In this document: positions 26,527 to 32,000 of the stretch, piece after piece | How the letters are laid out: the number at the start of each line of letters is the position of its first letter | How positions within the stretch are numbered: the stretch's first letter is position 1 | Assembly: GCF_000025605.1 (NCBI RefSeq) | Contig: NC_013894.1 | Span: 77,529-109,528, forward strand | Direction: 5' to 3' | Source: Thermocrinis albus DSM 14484 | Lineage (GTDB): Bacteria > Aquificota > Aquificia > Aquificales > Aquificaceae | Length of the DNA: 32,000 nt | Position numbers and translations under genes: made by a program | Notes under the pieces: model-generated | What the model was told of the DNA's origin: nothing | The model's input: the letters and a program-made list of their open reading frames with translations, nothing else | Databases searched by the model: none

Positions 26527-26597
26527 TCAGAAGGCGGGGTATAAATAGCCCGGCACCCGGACTGCACCATGTTTCACAGTTCGGGTAACCAGGATGG

Positions 26598-26921
26598 ATG
26601 ATGTCAAGGGAGTTTGAGATAGCCTTGAACCTATTGGAACGCGTTAAGGACAGACTCTCCTACCTTTTGAATGTGGAAGACAGGTATGCCCTTAAAGAAG
26701 CTGTTCGTACGGTCATAGACCCTGTAACCGCCTGTGCCTACCACGTTAAGGTGGGTGAAGGGCCCAGAAAGGAGGAGCTTCTCAGCGTTCTTCTCTCCCT
26801 GGTAAGGGAGATGAGGGACATGAAGGATATTAACACCCTCAAGGACAACGTGAGGAAACTACTTGAAATTTTAGACACTATAAGGCAGGAGACCCTTCCC
26901 GTAGGAGAAGGTGGTTCATGA
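26598..26921 (+). CDS. Hypothetical helical protein (107 aa)
   Basis: ATG ATG start with AGGA upstream. The stop overlaps the panB start (ATGA). No recognisable motif. Confidence 0.6.
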   Translation: MMSREFEIALNLLERVKDRLSYLLNVEDRYALKEAVRTVIDPVTACAYHVKVGEGPRKEELLSVLLSLVREMRDMKDINTLKDNVRKLLEILDTIRQETLPVGEGGS

Positions 26922-27712
26922 AGGTAACACTACGGACTTTGTTTCGCAAGAGAGAAGAAGGACGCAAGATCACCATGGTATCTACCTATGACTACATATC
27001 GGCGCGCCTGTGTCAAGAAGTGGGCGTTGACTGTATTTTGGTGGGAGACTCTCTTGGTATGGTGTTTCAGGGAAGGGACTCAACCCTTCACGTCACACTG
27101 GAGGAGATGATTTACCACACCAAGGCGGTGCGTAGGGGGGCACCTGACACTTTCCTGATAGTGGACATGCCCTTTATGAGTTATCAGGTAAGTGTGGAAG
27201 AAGGCATAAAGAACTGCGGCAGAGTCATAAAAGAGACGGGAGCCAACGCGGTGAAACTGGAGGGAGGTGAGGAGATTGCGGAACTTGTCTACAGGCTGGT
27301 ACGTATAGGTATACCTGTGGTGGGACACTTGGGCTTTACACCTCAGAAGATCAACACCATAGGAGGGTACAGGGTTGTGGGAAGGGAGGAGGAAGCTCAG
27401 AGGATAAGGCAGGACTTTAAAACACTGGAGGATGCCGGAGCCTTTATGGTGGTTTTGGAAGCGGTACCTTGGCAGTTGGCAAAGGAACTTACCCATACGT
27501 CCAGGAGTATAACGGTGGGGATAGGAGCTGGTCCGTACTGCCACGGGCAGGTTCTGGTGTTCTACGACATAGTGGGGTTGGTGGAGGATGTAAAACCCAA
27601 GTTCGTGCGTAGGTACATTGATGGAGCTGGCCTTTTCCGGGAGGCCCTCAGGAGGTTTGTACAGGATGTAGAAACGGGAGCCTATCCCTCGGAGGAGGAG
27701 AGCTATGGATGA
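26918..27712 (+). CDS. panB: 3-methyl-2-oxobutanoate hydroxymethyltransferase
   Basis: 264 aa. Contains ITMVSTYDY, LVGDSLGMV, VDMPFMSY, VKLEGG and VGHLGFTPQ. Confidence 0.95.
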   Translation: MKVTLRTLFRKREEGRKITMVSTYDYISARLCQEVGVDCILVGDSLGMVFQGRDSTLHVTLEEMIYHTKAVRRGAPDTFLIVDMPFMSYQVSVEEGIKNCGRVIKETGANAVKLEGGEEIAELVYRLVRIGIPVVGHLGFTPQKINTIGGYRVVGREEEAQRIRQDFKTLEDAGAFMVVLEAVPWQLAKELTHTSRSITVGIGAGPYCHGQVLVFYDIVGLVEDVKPKFVRRYIDGAGLFREALRRFVQDVETGAYPSEEESYG

Positions 27713-29402
27713 CAGGAAAGTACTGGACCTTTTCGTAAAGCTGGGGTACATCACACAGGATCAGGCTAACACAGCTCTCAGAGAGCGTCAGAGGGATGAG
27801 GACATTGTATTGACCCTCATGAGGCTCGGTTTTTTGGACGATGACAAGCTTATGGACTTTTACCAAAAGAACATCCCAAGGGTAGTGTGGAAGGGTCGAG
27901 TGGAGGACGTCCGTATACCCGACGAGATTCTCAGAACTCTACCCAGGGAACTTCTCCAGAAGAGGCTCATAGCACCTGTCAAGTACCAAGATGGAAGACT
28001 TGAGGTGATAACTGTCAACCCTCTAAATCATGTTGTCATAAACGAGCTTCGTTTCTTCAGCAAGCTAAACAATGTAATCGCCTACGCGGCACCTCGCAAA
28101 GTGGTGGAAGAAGTCCTGGGAAAACTTTACTCCGACATAGAGAAGCTGCTCAGGGAACTGGGTGAAGAAGTGGAGTTGGAACTGGAAACTCCTGAGCAGG
28201 AGATCTCTCAGGAGGAGGTCCTGCGGGAAGCCAGTGATGCACCTATCGTGAGGTTAGCTGAGTACATCATAGCGGAGGCGGTGAGAGTAGGTGCCTCCGA
28301 CATACACATAGAGCCCCAGGAGAAGAAGGTTATAGTGCGGTACAGAGTGGACGGTGTGCTACGCGTCTTTCAGGAGCTTCCCGGTAACGTAAAGGATCCT
28401 CTCATAGCCAGATACAAGATCATGTCCAACCTGGACATCTCAGAGAAAAGAAGACCCCAGGACGGGAGGATAAGGGTGAAGATGCAGGGGAAACCGGTGG
28501 ACCTTCGTGTCTCCACCGTTCCGGTAACCCACGGAGAGAAGGTGGTGATGAGGATACAGGAAGCAGAAAAGTATCTTAACGTAAGACTTGAGGATCTTGG
28601 CTTTGAGCCGGAAGACCTTGAAAAGTTCAGGAGAGCCATATACACGCCGTGGGGTATGGTGTTGGTAACCGGTCCCACGGGAAGTGGTAAGACCACCACC
28701 CTTTACGCTGCTCTCATGGAACGTAACACCCCAGATGTCAACATCATGACGGTAGAAGATCCTGTGGAAGTATCTATCCCTGGTCTCAATCAGGTACAGG
28801 TCAACGAACGCATAGGCCTCACCTTTGCCTCTGTCCTCAGAGCCTTTCTGCGTCAGGACCCTGACATAATACTGGTTGGTGAGATCCGTGACCAGGAGAC
28901 GGCGGAGATAGGTATACGGGCAGCTCTCACAGGCCACTTAGTTTTCTCCACACTTCACACCAACGATGCACCAAGCGCCGTGACGAGATTAGTGGATATG
29001 GGAATAGAACCCTTCTTGGTGGGTTCCTCCGTCATCCTGGTGGTGGCCCAAAGACTTTTGAGAAAGCTCTGTCCTCACTGTAAGATAGAGGATGACACTC
29101 CCCGTGAGGCTCTTGTACGGATGGGTGTTCTTAAAGATGGGGAAAGCATCACTATTTACAAGGCGAGGCCCGGAGGGTGCGAAAAGTGTAACTACACAGG
29201 TTATAAGGGAAGGACAGCGGTCCACGAGATACTGGAAGTGGACGAAGAGCTCAGAAAACTCATCGTCAAAGGTGGTACCGCCGAAGAGATAAGGGATATG
29301 GCCCGAAGAAAGGGTATGCGAACCCTTTACGAAGCAGGTCTTCTTAAGGTGAGGAAAGGGATAACGGACCTGGCCGAGGTGCACCGCGTCCTTGCCAAGT
29401 GA
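27705..29402 (+). CDS. GspE/PilB-family secretion ATPase (type II secretion / type IV pilus assembly)
   Basis: 565 aa. N-terminal T2SSE_N-like domain, Walker A GPTGSGKTTT, Asp and His boxes, Walker B ILVGEIRD, and the tetracysteine CPHC...CEKC. Confidence 0.92.
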   Translation: MDDRKVLDLFVKLGYITQDQANTALRERQRDEDIVLTLMRLGFLDDDKLMDFYQKNIPRVVWKGRVEDVRIPDEILRTLPRELLQKRLIAPVKYQDGRLEVITVNPLNHVVINELRFFSKLNNVIAYAAPRKVVEEVLGKLYSDIEKLLRELGEEVELELETPEQEISQEEVLREASDAPIVRLAEYIIAEAVRVGASDIHIEPQEKKVIVRYRVDGVLRVFQELPGNVKDPLIARYKIMSNLDISEKRRPQDGRIRVKMQGKPVDLRVSTVPVTHGEKVVMRIQEAEKYLNVRLEDLGFEPEDLEKFRRAIYTPWGMVLVTGPTGSGKTTTLYAALMERNTPDVNIMTVEDPVEVSIPGLNQVQVNERIGLTFASVLRAFLRQDPDIILVGEIRDQETAEIGIRAALTGHLVFSTLHTNDAPSAVTRLVDMGIEPFLVGSSVILVVAQRLLRKLCPHCKIEDDTPREALVRMGVLKDGESITIYKARPGGCEKCNYTGYKGRTAVHEILEVDEELRKLIVKGGTAEEIRDMARRKGMRTLYEAGLLKVRKGITDLAEVHRVLAK

Positions 29403-29413
29403 TACCTCTTGTA

Positions 29414-29419
29414 TATAAT
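29414..29419 (+). promoter_or_regulatory. Consensus TATAAT -10 box, 9 nt upstream of the tusA ATG
   Basis: Lies in the 26-nt gap after the ATPase stop. The spacer tactctgct has no SD. Confidence 0.4.
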
Positions 29420-29428
29420 TACTCTGCT

Positions 29429-29671
29429 ATGAGGAGTGTGAAGGTGGATAAGGAACTGGATATAAGGGGTGAGGTCTGTCCCTTCACTTTTGTAAAAAGC
29501 AAGCTGGCCTTAGAGGATATGGAGGTGGGGCAGGTTCTGAGGGTGCTGGTAGATTACAAGCCCTCTGCGGAGAGTGTTCCCAAAAGTCTGAGGGAAGAAG
29601 GTCAGGAAGTTTTAGAAGTTAACCAGATAGAGGAAAACCTTTGGGAGATACTGGTGAGAAAAACAAGATGA
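29429..29671 (+). CDS. tusA: TusA/SirA-family sulfurtransferase
   Basis: 80 aa from ATG 29429. Contains LDIRGEVCPFTFVKSKLAL (the CPxP active-site motif). GTG 29399, overlapping the ATPase stop, is an alternative start. Confidence 0.85.
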   Translation: MRSVKVDKELDIRGEVCPFTFVKSKLALEDMEVGQVLRVLVDYKPSAESVPKSLREEGQEVLEVNQIEENLWEILVRKTR

Positions 29672-29970
29672 AGTTTCTTCTCATTGTTACCAGTAACCCC
29701 TTTGCCAAAGATTACAGTACCATACTGAACCTTACCAGAGAGTTGGTGAAACGGGGAGAGGTGATCCTCTTCTTTTCGGGAAACGGTGTTTACTACACTG
29801 TGAGACCCGAGGCCAGACAGTTTCACGAGCTGGGAGCGAGACTTTTATACTGTTCCCACTCCGCCCACCAGAGGGGTATAGAGAACCCTCTTCCCTTCTT
29901 TGAGAGCAGTTCTACCTATAACCTCTCAAGGATGATGCAAGAGGGTATGAAGGTGATATCCTTTAACTGA
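29668..29970 (+). CDS. DsrE/TusD-family sulfur relay protein
   Basis: 100 aa from ATG 29668 (ATGA overlap with tusA). MKFLLIVTSNPF start. Conserved Cys context LLYCSHSAHQRGI. Confidence 0.8.
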   Translation: MKFLLIVTSNPFAKDYSTILNLTRELVKRGEVILFFSGNGVYYTVRPEARQFHELGARLLYCSHSAHQRGIENPLPFFESSSTYNLSRMMQEGMKVISFN

Positions 29971-29971
29971 C

Positions 29972-30313
29972 ATGAGGGTGGCTTTCATACTGAAGGGTGA
30001 TCCCTTCTCCTGGAAGAGCCACGAGGCGATAAGGATAGCTTTAGCTATGGGTATAAACCATCAGGTGGACTTGATCCTCCTAAAGGACGGTGTTTACACC
30101 TTCACTCGCTGGAGACCTCATGACCTGGGTATAGAGGGTCTGGAGAAACTTCTGGAAAACATGGACTACGTGGCGGTAAGGTTGATAGTGGAGGACACCT
30201 CTGCTGAAGAGCGCGGTCTAAAAGAAACAGACTTTGTTAAGAAAGTGGAGTTTATGAGTGTAGAGGACATAAAAGGACTTCTTCAGAGGGCGGAGGCTGT
30301 GCTGGTATGGTGA
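29972..30313 (+). CDS. DsrF/TusC-family sulfur relay protein
   Basis: 113 aa. Has the DsrE/F fold pattern (MRVAFILKGDPF...LLKDGVY...ERGL). It is the second gene of a tusA-dsrEFH-type array. Confidence 0.72.
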   Translation: MRVAFILKGDPFSWKSHEAIRIALAMGINHQVDLILLKDGVYTFTRWRPHDLGIEGLEKLLENMDYVAVRLIVEDTSAEERGLKETDFVKKVEFMSVEDIKGLLQRAEAVLVW

Positions 30314-30546
30314 AAACCCTGTGGTTGGTCAGAAAGCTGGGAGACTTTGCATCCGATCTTGTGGATGAAGAGGATGTGGTGGTCTTACTACAGGATGCCG
30401 TCCTACGCTTCCCCAGTAGGAAGGGATGGTACGCTTGCAAGGAGGATGCAGAAGCGAGAGGACTCAGTCTTCCTCCTGACAAGCTCAAAAGTTACGCGGA
30501 GATAGCAGATCTGATAGTTCAAGCCAAGAAGGTGGTGGTGTGGTGA
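30307..30546 (+). CDS. DsrH/TusB-family sulfur relay protein
   Basis: 79 aa. Contains VVLLQDAVL and YACKEDAEARGL, the family pattern around the conserved Cys. It is the third small subunit in the array. Confidence 0.72.
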   Translation: MVKTLWLVRKLGDFASDLVDEEDVVVLLQDAVLRFPSRKGWYACKEDAEARGLSLPPDKLKSYAEIADLIVQAKKVVVW

Positions 30547-31040
30547 TGAGATGGCAGATAAGCAAGACCTTTAGGTTTGAAGCAGGACATAGAGTTTGGA
30601 AACAGAACCTCACTTACGGGAGAGGTGCCCAGTTTACCGTCACCAAGGAAACACCCATCAACAAGTGTGTAAACTTACACGGCCACAGTTACCTTCTGGA
30701 AGTGGTGCTAGGTTCGGACTATCTTTCTGAGCAGGAAATGGTAATGGACTTTCACCACATTAAGAGTGCTCTGAAGGATCTCATAGAGACCATGGATCAC
30801 AGTTTCATAATAGATGTCCACGATCCTATGTATCCGGAACTCAAAGAGCTGGCGGAGAAATACGGAAGCCTCAAGATCTTTCCAGTAGATTTCTGCCCTA
30901 CGGCAGAGGCCCTGGCCAAGTTTTTCTACGACTTCCTTACGGAACGCCTCCGTGAAGCTGGTCTTTTAGGGGAGGTAAAAGTGGTGAAGGTCACACTGTG
31001 GGAGACAGCCACCTCCAAAGCTGAGTATTACGGTGAATGA
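30546..31040 (+). CDS. queD: 6-carboxytetrahydropterin synthase (QueD / PTPS family)
   Basis: 164 aa from ATG 30546 (TGATG overlap with the upstream stop). Contains FRFEAGHRV and CVNLHGHSY (Cys plus HxH zinc and catalytic motif). Confidence 0.88.
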   Translation: MRWQISKTFRFEAGHRVWKQNLTYGRGAQFTVTKETPINKCVNLHGHSYLLEVVLGSDYLSEQEMVMDFHHIKSALKDLIETMDHSFIIDVHDPMYPELKELAEKYGSLKIFPVDFCPTAEALAKFFYDFLTERLREAGLLGEVKVVKVTLWETATSKAEYYGE

Positions 31041-32000
31041 ACCTGCGTATAGCCTTACCCAACGGCAGACTGATCACAGCCCAACTGGACCAGCACCCAC
31101 CTGATCCCTTAGGTTACAGAGTTCTCCTTCAACTACCTTCCGGAAGCTACACAGGTTTGGTGGTAGGTGTATCCAATACAGGGACACCTGTGAAGGGTTT
31201 CTTTCCTGACACAAAGGCTGTTACAGATCTACAGCACCTTCAGGTGGTAAAGGACACGGCCCAGCACTACGGACTGATGCCGTGGCAGTTACTCTTTCAA
31301 CTTATTCCTTCTGCCTTCATCTGGGAGGAGAGGGAGTATCTGGTGGCCACGGAAACTTCCTTTTTGGATAAGCTGTCTTCAGAGATTGTGGACTACGTGA
31401 GAAAAAGGGGTAAAGTGACAGAAGACTACCTGAGAAAGAAGTTCTCCGATAGACAGGAGCTGATAAACCTTCTCATAAAGAAAAAGATCCTGCGCAGAGT
31501 AACCCAGTGGGATATACCGGCGGGTGACGCCGAGTATGCTTCTCACCTCTTTCGTCTTGCGGTACCTTACAGCAAGGCGGTGGAACTCTTGAAGAAAGGG
31601 AGAGCACGAGAAAAGGCCCTTCGTCTCTTGCTTCTGATAGCTCAGAGAGGTTCCGTCAGTAGGGAGGAGCTTCAGGAAGAGGGTTTTTCCTCCAAAGACA
31701 TCTCTTACCTTGTAAAGAAGGGCATCATAACACCCTTTCCTTACACCGAGAAAGCTCCGGAAAAACCTCCACCTCCACCTCCACCTTCTTCTCCCCCCAT
31801 CCTTCTGAAAAAGGTGGGAACGTCCACTTTGGTAATGGGTAGTGTGGAGAGGCTAACCGATAGACTTCTGCGTATCCTGAAGGAAGAGACAGAGGCCGGA
31901 AGATCCACCTTCGTTGTTTGTCTGTCCAACGAGGCCTTTCAGTTCCTTTACCCTATCCTTAAAGAAAACTTTGGATCTCTGGTAGTTGGTCTCACTTCTC
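31037..32000 (+). CDS. PriA-like (primosomal protein N') protein. 3' end lies outside the window. Walker A position appears degenerate.
   Basis: This frame is open from ATG 31037 (ATGA overlap with queD) to the window edge; the ORF track omits it because it has no stop. The N-terminus RIALPNG..LGYRVLLQLPSGSYTGLVVGV resembles the PriA 3'-end-binding domain. Two winged-helix-like segments follow. Then LVMGSVERLTDRLLRILKEETEAGRSTFVVCLSNEAFQFLYPILKENFG aligns by eye with PriA LLxGVTGSGKTEVY...ALVLVPEIxLTPQ...RF. Confidence 0.5.
   Translation, partial: MNLRIALPNGRLITAQLDQHPPDPLGYRVLLQLPSGSYTGLVVGVSNTGTPVKGFFPDTKAVTDLQHLQVVKDTAQHYGLMPWQLLFQLIPSAFIWEEREYLVATETSFLDKLSSEIVDYVRKRGKVTEDYLRKKFSDRQELINLLIKKKILRRVTQWDIPAGDAEYASHLFRLAVPYSKAVELLKKGRAREKALRLLLLIAQRGSVSREELQEEGFSSKDISYLVKKGIITPFPYTEKAPEKPPPPPPPSSPPILLKKVGTSTLVMGSVERLTDRLLRILKEETEAGRSTFVVCLSNEAFQFLYPILKENFGSLVVGLTS
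31766..31786 (+). repeat. (CCTCCA)x3.5 hexanucleotide tandem repeat encoding a poly-proline tract
   Basis: cctccacctccacctccacct is read directly. In frame it encodes PPPPPPP within PEKPPPPPPPSSPP of the PriA-like ORF. Confidence 0.9.

Noticed and set aside
26478-26588. A 36-aa ORF (MEFVGTQMPPAGFLSALRRRGINSPAPGLHHVSQFG) filling the spacer after leuS-alpha.
   Set aside because: It has no SD and no -10 geometry, and it is neither hydrophobic nor otherwise distinctive. The extensive self-complementarity of the region favours an RNA-structure explanation. It is kept only as an alternative within the finding.
26477-26597. The possibility that the GC-rich spacer is a tRNA gene or a canonical intrinsic terminator.
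   Set aside because: I could not draw a cloverleaf. There is no acceptor-stem pairing, and GTTCGGGTAACC is not flanked by a T-stem. The 9-bp hairpin is followed by CUCAGAAGG rather than a U-tract.
27080-27754. A 224-aa ORF on the minus strand, antisense to panB.
   Set aside because: panB on the plus strand has unmistakable family motifs. The antisense translation is rich in H, Y, P, R and S, has no motif, and has the look of a shadow ORF in a stop-poor antisense frame.
27705-27900. A c-di-GMP-binding MshEN motif in the N-terminus of the GspE/PilB ATPase.
   Set aside because: The segment KVLDLFVKLGYITQDQANTALRERQ only partly fits the RLGxxLLxxGLIxxxxLxxALxxQ pattern as I remember it. That is not enough to make the claim without a profile search.
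28370-28937. Two minus-strand ORFs (109 and 165 aa) inside the GspE/PilB ATPase gene.
   Set aside because: They are antisense shadows of a strongly supported CDS, with low-complexity, motif-free translations.
31741-31929. A 62-aa minus-strand ORF containing a poly-Gly run.
   Set aside because: It is the antisense of the (CCTCCA)n poly-Pro tract inside the long open plus-strand PriA-like frame.
1-32000. A search for CRISPR arrays, IS elements or transposases, integrases, prophage genes, toxin-antitoxin pairs or a compositionally foreign island.
   Set aside because: I saw no direct-repeat/spacer periodicity, no terminal inverted repeats flanking any gene, and no recombinase-like translation. 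There is also no obvious shift in composition or codon style. The window looks like core chromosome.

Overview
This is a very compact chromosomal window, roughly 97% coding. I found no transposase, integrase, CRISPR array, tRNA or rRNA. It reads like an Aquificales-type hyperthermophile (Aquifex, Thermocrinis or Hydrogenobacter-like). That is an inference from a full-length reverse gyrase, a LeuRS that ends just before KMSKS (the split alpha subunit known from Aquifex aeolicus), and pervasive 1-4 nt gene overlaps.

There are seven strand blocks:
1. (+) uvrD-like (carrying an in-frame TAG), micro-ORF, corA, ROK kinase, FliK-like, FlhB-C-terminal-like.
2. (-) reverse gyrase, 4-TM protein, DeoR/TRASH regulator, geranylgeranyl-reductase-like flavoprotein.
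3. (+) 69-aa ORF, rpmB, aroC, mlaE, mini-Toprim, helical ORF.
4. (-) acpP, fabF, rnc.
5. (+) pyrD.
6. (-) a six-gene composite efflux operon: RND-type adaptor, TolC-like, TetR, TolC-like, EmrA-like, EmrB-like.
7. (+) ispA, SRP RNA, histidine phosphatase, leuS-alpha, GC-rich structured spacer, 107-aa ORF, panB, pilB/gspE-like ATPase, tusA, dsrE, dsrF, dsrH, queD, priA-like (runs off the window).

No clear-cut novel multi-gene system such as a defence island is visible. The items I think most worth following up are:
- the nonsense codon at the invariant motif III Gln of the helicase;
- an unannotated 33-aa transmembrane micro-ORF coupled to corA;
- an orphan FliK-like plus pre-cleaved-FlhB-like pair;
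- a mini-Toprim (RNase M5-like) plus helical partner;
- a recurrent leaderless-type promoter geometry;
- a pump-less adaptor/TolC pair fused to an EmrAB-TolC operon, with a perfect 14-bp palindrome at its promoter;
- a 121-nt GC-rich spacer with mutually exclusive helices upstream of the panB operon;
- a PriA-like protein whose Walker A appears degenerate.

All family calls come from reading motifs in the supplied translations. No database search or fold computation was run.
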